Shown piece by piece: positions 54,733 to 64,000 of a DNA stretch of 64,000 bases. How positions within the stretch are numbered: position 1 is the stretch's first letter; every line of letters starts with the position of its first letter. Where the stretch lies: assembly GCA_963813715.1 (NCBI GenBank), contig CAWFAK010000005.1, positions 160,001 to 224,000 of the forward strand, written 5' to 3'. A program made the position numbers and the translations under genes. The DNA is from an uncultured Planctomycetaceae bacterium (GTDB taxonomy: Bacteria; Planctomycetota; Planctomycetia; Planctomycetales; Planctomycetaceae). The notes under the pieces were generated by a model. It saw nothing but the letters and a program-made list of their open reading frames with translations. It had not been told where the DNA came from and did no database searches.

Positions 54733-56457
54733 ATGGCCCATTCAGTTTCGCGTCGCTGCTTTTTGACCGGCGCACTGACCGGCCCGGTGGCCGCTAACGT
54801 CGCCGCTGCCTACGGACAAGTTGGCGGGCCCCGCGCGAAGAATCGCCCCGCGGCCGGACCGCGTCGGCCGCCCGGTCCGGCCGAACAGGATCCCAAGCTC
54901 TGGCTGCCGACTCATCGCGATGAGACGAGCGTCAAGTTCGCCGATTCGCCCGCCTGGCTGCGAAACACGCCCGGCTGGTACGTCCCGTCGACCGTCAGTG
55001 CCGGCGCCTGCCTGCTGCAGTTCCCGCTGATCACGTTTCTCTCGGGCCTGATCCGCAACTTTCACGAGTTGCCGTCGCTGCTCGACCAGGCGAAATCGCT
55101 CGGCACGAGCACCGTTTACCTGGTCGACTGGTTCCAGGGGAAGCCCGGAGCGCCCCCGTTCAATTTCTGGATGAATAAAGGGGATTACCTGCCGCGGGCC
55201 GACATGGGGGGCGAGGCCGCGCTCAAGGCGGGCATTGCCGCGGTGCACGCTCAGGGCGGCCGGGTCATCCTGTACGTCGAAGGCTTCATCATCAGCTTCG
55301 ATTCGGAGGTTGGCGCCAATCGCGCCGGTCAATGGTCGCTCATCGGTCCCAAAGGGCAGGCGCCCGCGCAGCCTTATCCGGGCAACTGGAAACTGTGCCC
55401 GGGCATGGAAGGCTGGCTGGCGCACATCGAAGGAGTCGCTCGCCGCATCGGCACCTACGGAGCCGACGGGATCTTTCTCGACTCGCAGGGCTTTCAGAAG
55501 GACTGGAAGTGCCTGTCGACGAAACACGGGCACAAGCCGGGACGCCCAGAGGTCTTCAACAATGGCTGCACGAATCTGATCCGCCGTGTCCGCGCCGCGC
55601 TCCGCCAGGGAAACCCGGAGGCGATCGTCTTCATCGAGGGCCCGACGATGCCGCGGCTCTTCCACTATGCCGACGGATCGCTCGATTGGGGGATCGACAC
55701 GCTGTCGAAGCGCTGGCTGTGGCAACACCAGGGCCGCACCGACACCTTGACCACCGGCTACTCGCTCGACGATTGGAATCAGATCGTGGCGATCGGTGCA
55801 AAACTAGCCTGCGGATCGCAGTTCTTAAAGGAGCCGCCCGGCACTTCCGCGAAGGCCTTTCTCGAGCAGTTTTTCGCGAAGGAGCTGCCGGAACCGGCGG
55901 GCGAGCTGCTGCACGTGGCGCACCACGCGTTCTGGGGACTGCACGCCTGGCGCAACGCCGGCCTGATCCTGGGGATCAACATGCCGGGACTCGAAGACAT
56001 CAACCCGCGGTTCGGCGAGACGGCCGAACACGCCCCCAATCCGTTCACGCGGCTGTACGCCAACCGCGAAACGTTCCGCGGCGTGCTCCAAGGCTTACGC
56101 CCGCGGGCAGCGGCGATCGACGAAGCGCTCGGCGGCAAGAAACCGCCGTCGCCCGCCGAGTATGTGAAGGCCCTGCTCACAGCCCGAGCCCAACTGGCCC
56201 CCTTCATCGATCACGGCAGCGTGATCGAACAGATTCGCACGCCCTTCCCCAAAGTCGTCGGCTGGCGTTTCACGGCCAGTCGGGGCGCCGCGTTGACGGC
56301 CGTGAGCGTGGCCGACGCGCCTCGCGAAATCGTCTTTCCCGACGCGGCGGGAACGTGGAAAGACGCCGTCAGCGGAGAGACTCTCAGCGGGCGGGGCGGC
56401 CAGCTCACCGTCCGCGTGCCGCCCCACCGCACGCGATTGCTGCACGCGACGGTGTGA
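54733..56457 (+). CDS. Tat-exported putative glycoside hydrolase-like TIM-barrel protein
   Basis: SRRCFL twin-arginine signal; LKAGIAAVHAQGGRVILY, ADGIFLD, FIEG. Confidence 0.7.
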   Translation: MAHSVSRRCFLTGALTGPVAANVAAAYGQVGGPRAKNRPAAGPRRPPGPAEQDPKLWLPTHRDETSVKFADSPAWLRNTPGWYVPSTVSAGACLLQFPLITFLSGLIRNFHELPSLLDQAKSLGTSTVYLVDWFQGKPGAPPFNFWMNKGDYLPRADMGGEAALKAGIAAVHAQGGRVILYVEGFIISFDSEVGANRAGQWSLIGPKGQAPAQPYPGNWKLCPGMEGWLAHIEGVARRIGTYGADGIFLDSQGFQKDWKCLSTKHGHKPGRPEVFNNGCTNLIRRVRAALRQGNPEAIVFIEGPTMPRLFHYADGSLDWGIDTLSKRWLWQHQGRTDTLTTGYSLDDWNQIVAIGAKLACGSQFLKEPPGTSAKAFLEQFFAKELPEPAGELLHVAHHAFWGLHAWRNAGLILGINMPGLEDINPRFGETAEHAPNPFTRLYANRETFRGVLQGLRPRAAAIDEALGGKKPPSPAEYVKALLTARAQLAPFIDHGSVIEQIRTPFPKVVGWRFTASRGAALTAVSVADAPREIVFPDAAGTWKDAVSGETLSGRGGQLTVRVPPHRTRLLHATV

Positions 56458-56542
56458 TATCGAACGCGGGTGATCTCCAAGACGTCCGCCTGTAGATCGC
56501 GTCGCGGCCGCGGTAACATGGGGCTTCCTCGGGAGGCCCGCC

Positions 56543-57644
56543 ATGAATTCAGCACGTCGATTGCTCCGCGTCCGAACTCTTTGCTGCGTCGCACTGGCCT
56601 GCTCCGTCCACCTCGCCGTCGTCCGGGCGGATGGCGAATATCCGCCCGCCGCCGAGGTGAAGGCCGCGTTCCTTAAGCAGTTGGATCGTCCGAAGGTGCC
56701 GCTCGATCCGAAGACTCGCACGCGCGACACCAATTCCGACGGTCGCGTCGTCGAAGCCGTCAGCATTGCCAGCGAACGCAAATCCGACGGCTCCGTCGAA
56801 CGGGTTCCGCTGCTGATCGTGCGGCCGGCAAACGCCAAGGGACGCTTGCCGGCGGTCATCGTCCTGCACGGGACCGGCGGCAACAAAAAGCAGATGCGAC
56901 CACTGCTGGACGAACTGGCCCAGCGGGGCATGATCGGCGTGGCACTCGACGCGCGTTATCATGGAGAGCGTTCGGGTGGCTCGGCGGGCGCGAAGGCATA
57001 CGTCGCCGCGGTCACTCGCGCCTGGAGAACGCCGGCCGGTCAACCGCAGGAACATCCCTTTTATTACGACACGTGCTGGGACATCTGGCGAACGATCGAC
57101 TACCTGCAAACGCGAGACGACGTCGACGGCAACCGCCTGGGAATGATCGGTTTCAGCATGGGCGGCATCGAGACTTGGCTGGCGGCCGCCGTGGACGAGC
57201 GCATCAAAGTGGCCGTGCCGGCCATCGGCGTGCAAAGCTTTCGCTGGAGTCTCGAGCACGAGGCCTGGCAGGGCCGGGCACGCACCATTCAGGAAGCCCA
57301 TCTGGCCGCGGCGGAGGATCTCAAGGAGCCCCAGGTGAACGCCCGCGTGTGCCGCGAGCTGTGGAATAAGGTGATCCCGGGGATGCTCGATCAATTCGAT
57401 TGCCCGAGCATGCTGCGACTGTTCGCGGGCCGCCCGCTGCTGATCCTGAACGGCGATCTCGATCCGAATTGCCCGTTGGGCGGAGCGCAAGATCGCATTT
57501 GCGTCGGCAGAATCGGCCTACCGCGACGCGGGAACGCCGGACAAGTTAAAGATCATGGTCGCGTCAAAAACCGGGCATCGCGTCACGCCCGAACAACGCC
57601 AGGCGGCGTTCGACTGGCTATCGAAGTGGCTCGGAGCGGAATAG
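56543..57644 (+). CDS. Secreted alpha/beta hydrolase (dienelactone hydrolase/acetylxylan esterase-like; frameshift ~57488)
   Basis: VLHGTGG, GFSMGG nucleophile motif, NGDLD; restored C-terminus ..TGHRVT..FDWLSKWL. Confidence 0.88.
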
Positions 57645-57894
57645 GGCGAAATCCACGCCGATTCTGCGCTCACTGCTCGATCGTGTGCCGAGTCTCGGGA
57701 TCAAACGGGCCACCGGCCCCGTCGTACAACGGATCACTCGAGGTACACCTGCCCCACGCCCATCCATTCGACAATCGCACCGAAGACCGCCAGTCCGGCG
57801 AGGCACAAGAACATCGTCCAGGCGATGAGAAACAGCCTCGCCTGGCGGTTCAGCACGCCTTCGCCGGATGCGCCGCGCATGGCGCGGTCTTCGT

Positions 57895-58479
57895 TCACCG
57901 GTTGGGCTCGCAATACCGCGGCTTGTCGACGGCGGTCACATGCGCGTCGAAGCCGTTCACGTTGCCGGGGCTCACAATCATCATGTTTCCCGGCTTGAGC
58001 TGGATGCTGAATACGACTTCGCCTTGAGGTCGACTCACGCGCACGCGGTAGTATTTCCCGGTGAGGTCGCGCCAGGAGGGCGGCTCGTTGCCCCACGTCG
58101 CGTCGCGGCACGTGCGGCTGAGCCGAATGGCGACGCTGCCGTTCGCATCGGTCACGCCGGTCGCCAACTCGGCGGGCACTTGGGAATCGGTGACGCTCGC
58201 GCCGGGTTCCCAAAACGAGTTGAGCGGACCGCTCTGTTCCAGCGGGTCGCAATCGTATTCGAGGGAAACCGTCGCACCGGCCAGGGAACTTCCCGGAACG
58301 TTACTGGTCTGCCAGAAGTCCGTTAACCGCAGCCGAATCTCCTGCGATGTCGTGCGGCTCCGCTCGCCGAGGGAAAAGTAGAGCAGACCGGGCGTGAATA
58401 AGAGGGCCGCCGACACGACCGGCAACCGCCAGTTCTTCCGCGCGGCGTGAGCGACCATCGGCAACTCCGCCATCGACAA
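57895..58479 (-). CDS. Hypothetical membrane-anchored protein
   Basis: N-terminal hydrophobic helix, GATVSL..GVTDANG beta-sandwich-like motif. Confidence 0.55.
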   Translation of the reverse strand: MSMAELPMVAHAARKNWRLPVVSAALLFTPGLLYFSLGERSRTTSQEIRLRLTDFWQTSNVPGSSLAGATVSLEYDCDPLEQSGPLNSFWEPGASVTDSQVPAELATGVTDANGSVAIRLSRTCRDATWGNEPPSWRDLTGKYYRVRVSRPQGEVVFSIQLKPGNMMIVSPGNVNGFDAHVTAVDKPRYCEPNR

Positions 58480-58616
58480 CTCCGACCGTGCCCCGACCTA
58501 TCCACGACGCAAAGCGTGCTCGTCAACAGCGTCCGGGTCCGACTCAATCAGAGAGCGCGGTGAGCGCGCTTTTTGTCTGGCCGAGGACGAACTTTTTCAC
58601 TCGTGTAATCGGCGGC

Positions 58617-58988
58617 CTACTCGCGTGCGAGCTGTACTGGGCAAGCCGTCATGCAGAAATACGCGATGCCGAGCACTGCACAGAAGGCAAACAACACGCG
58701 CCAGCGCCGGCCCTGACAGAGATAGCTTGCCAGAATGCAGAGAACGGTCATGACAAAGTTGAAGAGGCGCAGTGATGCGGCGAGGTCCTCGTAGATCCGC
58801 GAGAAGGAAAACCCGTTCGAGTACGGGATGGTCCGGGAACACATCCACGTTCCCAGCAACAATGCGGACGTCGTCAGGCTGGTCGTGGCCAGCGCGAGGG
58901 CCACGCAGCGATCCTTGGTCGTGAGAATCGGCAACGTGGCGTAAGCGGAGACCGGCTGCTTTCGCGCGGTCTGTTGGACGTCGATCAT
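58617..58988 (-). CDS. Hypothetical membrane protein
   Basis: ATGA overlap with the GMC gene stop; three hydrophobic segments. Confidence 0.55.
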   Translation of the reverse strand: MIDVQQTARKQPVSAYATLPILTTKDRCVALALATTSLTTSALLLGTWMCSRTIPYSNGFSFSRIYEDLAASLRLFNFVMTVLCILASYLCQGRRWRVLFAFCAVLGIAYFCMTACPVQLARE

Positions 58989-60850
58989 GGGGCACTTCCA
59001 CCGACGAACTCAGCCAGCCGCACGCCGTGGTCGGTGGCCAGCATCTCGGCCGCTTTTTCTCCGATCATGATCGTGGGGGCGTTCGTGTTGCCGCTGATCA
59101 CGTTGGGCATGACGCTGGCATCGGCGACGCGGAGCCGCTCGACGCCGACCACCCGCAGCTGCGGATCGACGACGTTGCCGATGCGGCAGGTCGACGTCAG
59201 GTGGTACACGGTGAGTGCGTAGTGACGGGCGAAGTCCGCCAGGAGCGCGTCGCTCGGCCGGTCCCCCGCGACGTGCCCGTGCTCGCGGGCCAGGAACGGC
59301 GGGATTAGCAGCGGGCCGATTTTGCGATTTCCCGGCCAATGGGCCGCGATGTCGAGCGCCCGCCGCGCGACGGCGACCATCACCGGCAAGTCGTGCGGGT
59401 CGGTGAAGTAGTTCGCGCGGATCACGGGATGCGCGACCGGATCGCGACTGGCGAGCACAATTTCGCCTTCGCTGTGCGGCTGCACCGGGTTGGCCAGCAG
59501 GATCAGGCTCTCGGCGTCGGGGGCGAGGCGTTTGGCGTCGTCGTCGAAATAGCGGCTCGTGTCGCTACGGAGACATTTGAGCCAGATGTCGCTGCTGTAG
59601 CCGCAGAGGAAGCAGGCGATCTGCGCGTCCTGCGTGTGTGCATCGCCCAGCCCCGTCGAGAACCAGGCCGACGCGTCGTAGAGCGAGGAAGAAATCAGGC
59701 CGCGGCCCGTGGTTGCCCACTCGTAAAACCTGCGATCCGCCTCCTGCTTGAGCGCCAACAGCTCCGGCGGCAAATGCGCGTCGTCGTCCGGATTGGCGGG
59801 CAGGGGGCCGGCCGGCGCACGCAGAGCGGCCGACCCGAACGAAAGCCCCATTTCGATCATCGAAACACCGACGCCCGGCGCGGGAAAGAACAGGCCCAGC
59901 TCCAGATGATCTTTGAGGTGTTTGCCGACGTGCGGCGAATCGACCTGGCAGGCCACGCCCAGCGATTCCAACTCTTCCCGCGGTCCAATGCCCGACAGGA
60001 GCAACAACTGCGGCGATCCGACGGCGCCCCCGCAGAGCACAACTTCCTTGGCGGCCCGCGCGGTATGCGTTGCGCCGTCGTTGGTGCGATACTCGACGCC
60101 CGTCGCCGTCTTCTGGCCGTCGGGGCCTTCGAGGAGCACGCGCGCCGCGTGCGCACCGGTGATGATCGTGAGATTGGGCCGCTGTTCGGCCGCCCCTTCG
60201 AGAAATGCGTGATAGGTGCTCGAGCGTTTGCCGGTGCGCGTCGTCGTTTGAAACAGCGATGAGACGCCGCGCGGATTCACCCGGTCGCGGCCGTTGTAGT
60301 CGCCGCGGGGAATGCCCGAGGCCACAGCCGCCTCGACAAATTGTCGCGCTCCCTTTAACACCGGTGCGCGGACGGAGACACCGAGCGGACCGGCCGTGTT
60401 GTGCGCGTCGGCATCGAGATCGATGTCGTCGCTGTTCGTTTCGTCGCTGCGGACGAGGCCTTCGCTCTTCTTGAAGTAGGGCAAGAGCTCGCGATAGCTC
60501 CACCCGGCCGCGCCGGCTTTCGCCCACGCGTCGTAGTCGCCCGGATGGCCCCGGACGTACGCCATATAGTTGAGAGCCGACGAGCCGCCCAGCATCTTGC
60601 CGCGGGGCACCATCATCCGCCCCTCGATCAGCCCGCGGCCCCCTTGGCCGGCCTCGGCCGTATAGGCCCAATCGGTGAGCGGATTCTTCTGCAGGGCGGG
60701 ACAGGCCGCGGGGATCAGCTCTTCCGCAGGCGGCCGCTCGCCCGCTTCGAGCAGCGCGACACGGCAGCTGGGGTCTTCGGAGAGCCGGGCGGCGATCACC
60801 GCGCCTGCGGAACCGCCCCCGACGACGACAAAATCGAAGGTCTCCGGCAT
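58985..60850 (-). CDS. GMC family oxidoreductase (choline dehydrogenase-like)
   Basis: FVVVGGGSAG, PRGKMLGGSS, SPQLLLLSGIG, YHLTSTC, RVADASVMP..SGNTNAP. Confidence 0.95.
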   Translation of the reverse strand: MPETFDFVVVGGGSAGAVIAARLSEDPSCRVALLEAGERPPAEELIPAACPALQKNPLTDWAYTAEAGQGGRGLIEGRMMVPRGKMLGGSSALNYMAYVRGHPGDYDAWAKAGAAGWSYRELLPYFKKSEGLVRSDETNSDDIDLDADAHNTAGPLGVSVRAPVLKGARQFVEAAVASGIPRGDYNGRDRVNPRGVSSLFQTTTRTGKRSSTYHAFLEGAAEQRPNLTIITGAHAARVLLEGPDGQKTATGVEYRTNDGATHTARAAKEVVLCGGAVGSPQLLLLSGIGPREELESLGVACQVDSPHVGKHLKDHLELGLFFPAPGVGVSMIEMGLSFGSAALRAPAGPLPANPDDDAHLPPELLALKQEADRRFYEWATTGRGLISSSLYDASAWFSTGLGDAHTQDAQIACFLCGYSSDIWLKCLRSDTSRYFDDDAKRLAPDAESLILLANPVQPHSEGEIVLASRDPVAHPVIRANYFTDPHDLPVMVAVARRALDIAAHWPGNRKIGPLLIPPFLAREHGHVAGDRPSDALLADFARHYALTVYHLTSTCRIGNVVDPQLRVVGVERLRVADASVMPNVISGNTNAPTIMIGEKAAEMLATDHGVRLAEFVGGSAP

Positions 60851-61007
60851 GTGGAAGCGCTCCACCGTATTATGTGCAGAGACAGTTGCCTGCACCGTTC
60901 CGATCTTTATGAGAGTATGGCGGTGCGTCCTGTTAGGGACGCACGAACCACGTCGGGTTTAGATCGTACCAATTCCCCGCGTCGTCTGCGGACAAGATCT
61001 TCGCCGG

Positions 61008-61586
61008 TCAAATCTCCGCGAGGATAGCGTAGAGCTTGCGCTTGGTTTCGTTGAGCACCTCGACGGCGCGGGTCCATTGCTTGGGATCGCGGCCCGAACG
61101 GATTTGCCGGACCGCATTCATCACGCTGGCGATCGCTTCGCGCGTGTCGTGTCCGCTGGAGACGGTGTCTTCGCTGAACTCCTTCCAAGGAGCGTGCTCG
61201 GCGGCCTTGGTGGCTTCCTCGCGGCCGGTGTCGGTGAGCGAGTAGGCCTTGCGTCCGCCGCTCTCCTGGCTGGCGATCACGCCTTCGTCCTCCAGCAATT
61301 GGAGCGTGGGGTAAACGGAGCCTGGGCTTGGCCGCCAGGCGCCGCCCGTCCGCTGGTCGAGTTCTTGAATCATCTCGTAGCCGTGCATGGGCCGCTCGTT
61401 GAGCAGCGAGAGAATCGCGGCCCGGACGTTGACGCGACGGCCACCCGCACGTCGGCCCCTGCGGCCGCCGAAGCCGAATCCTCCAAAGGCGTGAAAGCCG
61501 GGGACTGCGTCGGGAAGGCCGCCTGGGCGACCGTGTTGCTCCCGTTCCTCGCGGCGACGACCGCGGCGTTCGTGACGGTGATTCAT
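61008..61586 (-). CDS. PadR family transcriptional regulator
   Basis: PMHGYEMI, PSPGSVYPTLQLLEDEG, RKAYSLTDTG; AAGGAG RBS. Confidence 0.95.
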   Translation of the reverse strand: MNHRHERRGRRREEREQHGRPGGLPDAVPGFHAFGGFGFGGRRGRRAGGRRVNVRAAILSLLNERPMHGYEMIQELDQRTGGAWRPSPGSVYPTLQLLEDEGVIASQESGGRKAYSLTDTGREEATKAAEHAPWKEFSEDTVSSGHDTREAIASVMNAVRQIRSGRDPKQWTRAVEVLNETKRKLYAILAEI

Positions 61587-61717
61587 GTGATTGCTCCTTG
61601 TCGATTGTTCGGTGTGAACGTCGGGGAATTAGCCGGTCTGGCCCGCTTTGCACAATAAGCTGGGCCAGGCTGTTCGCCGATTTTCGACCGGCAGGCCGAC
61701 TGTTCTTATTTGTATCG

Positions 61718-61746
61718 ACGATATATCGGAAATAGATCACTGTCAA
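61718..61746 (-). promoter_or_regulatory. sigma70 promoter of padR with palindromic operator over the -10
   Basis: Minus strand TTGACA (61746-61741)-N17-TATCGT (61723-61718); palindrome CGATATATCG at 61719-61728. Confidence 0.78.
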
Positions 61747-61948
61747 TCTCGAAAAACCAAAAAATTGCCGCTCATTCCAGCCACGCCGACCGTCCGACGC
61801 TGCCGCCCGCAGCCGGGCCCACCCGCTCGAATTCGAGAATTCACGCACGCTTTTGCTTGCGTCTGGCCGTCGCACCGGGCATTGTGTCCCAGAGCGCTGG
61901 CACATTGCGGTTCCTTCATTCACTCAATTTCTTGCGGGAGACGTCATC

Positions 61949-62423
61949 GTGAAAACTATTGCTGTCTTATGCGTGGTGGCAGTCGGTTCGGTCGCTTGGG
62001 GTGCGGACACCAAGGCTCCGACAAAAGGGGTGCTCGACGGGATCTGGACGCTCAGCTCGGGCACGATGGCCGGCGAAAAGATGGACGAGGAAATGTCCAA
62101 GAACATCAAACTGACGCTGGCGGGCGGAAAATACACGGTCAACATCGGCGAGCAGAAGGACGAAGGAACCTACAAGACCGACGACAGCAAAACGCCGCAC
62201 ACGCTGACGATCGTCAGCACGGATGGGCCCGAACAAGGGGAAGACCATCCTCGCGATCTACGAGCTCAGCAAAGGATCGCTGAAGGTCTGCTACGACATG
62301 AGCGGCAAAGCGTTCCCGAAGAAATTCGAATCCGAGGCGAACACTCAGTCGTTTCTCGGCACGTACGAACGGCAAAAGAGCACGAAGCGCCCTTTCAAAT
62401 TCAATACCGGCGCCGCCAAGTGA
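61949..62423 (+). CDS. TIGR03067-like planctomycete domain protein (frameshift ~62232)
   Basis: Signal peptide; LDGIW..GTYK.D.SKTP..GPNKGKTILAIYEL..LKVCY..P..F. Confidence 0.85.
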
Positions 62424-62621
62424 TAGCGCTCGTCGACTCGATGCGCTCTCGCGACAGTCGTTGAGGCCGTTCGCGAGGACCGAACAAATCGGTTGATTCG
62501 CACGCGGCTGAGACGTTGGTCTCAGCCGTGTGTCATTTCCGGGACCGCGAATTCGGCGCGCTGCTCGCGTCTGCCGACGCCGGGCAAAAGCGCGATCACG
62601 GCCGCGACGACTTCCCCGCAC

Positions 62622-62837
62622 TTAGCCGGCGCTCAATTGGACCAGGTCGACGACGGCCCGCACGCCGGTCACTCGGCGGCAGCATTCCCAGCACATGTGT
62701 TTGGCGAACGCCGTGGCCGCCCAGCCGCGAATTGTGGCGATGCCGTCATCGGCGTGAACTTCGCTGAGCGTCAGTCCGGCGATGTGCCGGGCTTTCACGA
62801 ATTCGAGAATCCCGCGTTCGATGCGTTCGTCGGACAT
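62622..62837 (-). CDS. Single BON-domain protein
   Basis: EVHADDGIATIRG..RRVTGVRAVVD; GGAG RBS. Confidence 0.75.
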   Translation of the reverse strand: MSDERIERGILEFVKARHIAGLTLSEVHADDGIATIRGWAATAFAKHMCWECCRRVTGVRAVVDLVQLSAG

Positions 62838-62882
62838 GGCTCATTCTCCACCCGCGTCCTGTTGTACGTCTCTGGTTGTCTA

Positions 62883-62908
62883 AACGTGGGTTCGCCCGCC
62901 TTGTGACA
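62883..62908 (-). promoter_or_regulatory. ECF-type promoter 1 (before BON gene)
   Basis: TGTCAC-N16-CGTT. Confidence 0.6.
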
Positions 62909-62974
62909 GTCTTTTTGCGATTCCGGCCCGCGATTTCAAAATGGGCAGAGCGAGCGCCCCGGACGGACAGGCGC

Positions 62975-63009
62975 AAAAAGAAACCACGGCCAGGTCGACC
63001 GTGGTTTCT
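62975..63009 (-). terminator. Rho-independent terminator after the 38-aa ORF
   Basis: Minus strand AGAAACCACGG-loop-CCGTGGTTTCT then TTTT. Confidence 0.7.
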
Positions 63010-63042
63010 ATCGGAAACGATGGCGAACCATCGGTTGTCGTT

Positions 63043-63159
63043 TCAGGCGACGGACGTTCCCAGCAGCCGGCGGGAGAATCGCAGGGCCCGATGCTGGGCG
63101 TACCATTGCTGCTTCACGCGGTTGGCCGAGTGCCGTCGTTTTCTGCTTCCGTCCGGCAT
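63043..63159 (-). CDS. Small basic peptide, 38 aa (below the ORF-track cutoff)
   Basis: MPDGSRKRRHSANRVKQQWYAQHRALRFSRRLLGTSVA*; purine-rich RBS AGAAAGGGAAAG; own promoter motif and terminator. Confidence 0.55.
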   Translation of the reverse strand: MPDGSRKRRHSANRVKQQWYAQHRALRFSRRLLGTSVA

Positions 63160-63231
63160 GGCTTTCCCTTTCTGTGTCACGTTGTTCAGGGTCACGATGT
63201 TTCTGGGTCCGTCGATCTCACTGACTTCTTC

Positions 63232-63257
63232 AGCGTGGGCTCGGTCGATCTGTTACA
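63232..63257 (-). promoter_or_regulatory. ECF-type promoter 2 (before the 38-aa ORF)
   Basis: TGTAAC-N16-CGCT. Confidence 0.6.
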
Positions 63258-63329
63258 GGCCCGTCAAAGAATTTGGCCGAAAAACTCGGGCGAACGCCGA
63301 CCGGGTTGAGGCCGGTTTGGCGGGGCGAC

Positions 63330-63369
63330 AAAAAAAGGAGGGCGATCCGCTCCGTGCGGACCGCCCTCC
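63330..63369 (-). terminator. Rho-independent terminator
   Basis: Minus strand GGAGGGCGGTCCGC-loop-GCGGATCGCCCTCC followed by T7. Confidence 0.85.
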
Positions 63370-63399
63370 CTTGAAGCTGGTTAGCAGAACCGAGGCAAA

Positions 63400-63859
63400 T
63401 TACTTCTTGCCGTGGCCCGAGTCGGCCCATCTTGCCGCCGTCGAGCGGTCGCTCGCGGTGACGGTCCCCTCGGAACCGCCAGTCACGGTAGTAGCCGCCG
63501 CCGAAGCCGTAGACCGGCTCGCACGTCGGACAGACCTGAGCCGTCACGACCGGTGCCTCGACGACCGGAGCCGGCTGCACGACGGGCGCCGGCGCCTCAC
63601 AGGCACAGCACGGGAAGGTCGCGTAGCAGGAGGGGTAACCCCAGCTGTAACTGCCGTAGCCGTAACGGTCGAAGCGGTAACGATCGAAGCGGAAACGGTC
63701 GAAGCCGCGATCGCGGTGCCCGTTGCGCTCCACCGGTCCGTGGCCCCCATGGCCTCCCATACCCGCCCCGCCCTTGGCGAAGCTCGAATCGACATTGGCA
63801 AACAGCGTCACGGCGATGGCCACCGCGGGAATAGCAAGCAAGGTGATTTTGCGAAACAT
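63400..63859 (-). CDS. Secreted low-complexity protein (Gly/His, RFDR repeats, Cys-rich); one-base frameshift near the end, restored end GDSGHGKK*
   Basis: GAGGAG RBS, signal peptide MFRKITLLAIPAVAIAV; a terminator lies 30 nt after TAA 63400. Confidence 0.7.
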
Positions 63860-63950
63860 GGCGAGGCTCCTCATTTATTCGGCAGATTGATTGTCGGTAA
63901 ACCCGGCCTGCCCTTTGTCCGGGTTCCCGTTTGTCTTCCACAATCTGCCA

Positions 63951-63976
63951 AGCGAAGGAGCGGCCGTTTTGTTACA
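63951..63976 (-). promoter_or_regulatory. ECF-type promoter 3 (before the secreted protein)
   Basis: TGTAAC-N16-CGCT. Confidence 0.6.
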
Positions 63977-64000
63977 GGCACGACCGCCGATTTTTTTCGG

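Overview
High-GC bacterial DNA, very probably a planctomycete (PV-type microcompartment locus, TIGR03067-like and DUF1573-like proteins, planctomycete-style Ser/Thr kinase). No rRNA, tRNA, CRISPR array, transposase or integrase was seen. About 20 reading-frame breaks occur, even in housekeeping genes (purN has three), which points to uncorrected long-read errors rather than pseudogenes. Layout: (1) 1-8.7 kb housekeeping genes (ABC ATPase, dgkA-like, gpsA, OM barrel, coiled-coil protein, trxA, purN); (2) 8.8-19.5 kb a complete Planctomycetes/Verrucomicrobia-type bacterial microcompartment (BMC) operon (DeoR, PduL, 2 BMC-H, acetate kinase, 3 BMC-P, aldehyde dehydrogenase, RpiB-like protein, class II aldolase, lactate/malate dehydrogenase), with an internal 4-TM membrane gene and a trailing class I aldolase-like gene; (3) a TetR-controlled RND efflux pair; (4) 30.6-40.7 kb a candidate sigma54 regulon: an uncharacterised GT-A-like gene, a GT4 and an amylo-alpha-1,6-glucosidase-like gene, plus an NtrC-family regulator and a porin, with shared enhancer-like palindromes and -24/-12 elements; (5) ftsY, exonuclease, APC permease, kinase and several secreted or hypothetical enzymes; (6) 62.6-64 kb three small minus-strand genes, one an uncalled 38-aa ORF, each preceded by the same ECF-type promoter motif TGTMAC-N16-CGYT. 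Several REP-like palindromic repeat families lie between genes. All family assignments are by motif recognition; no database searches were run.
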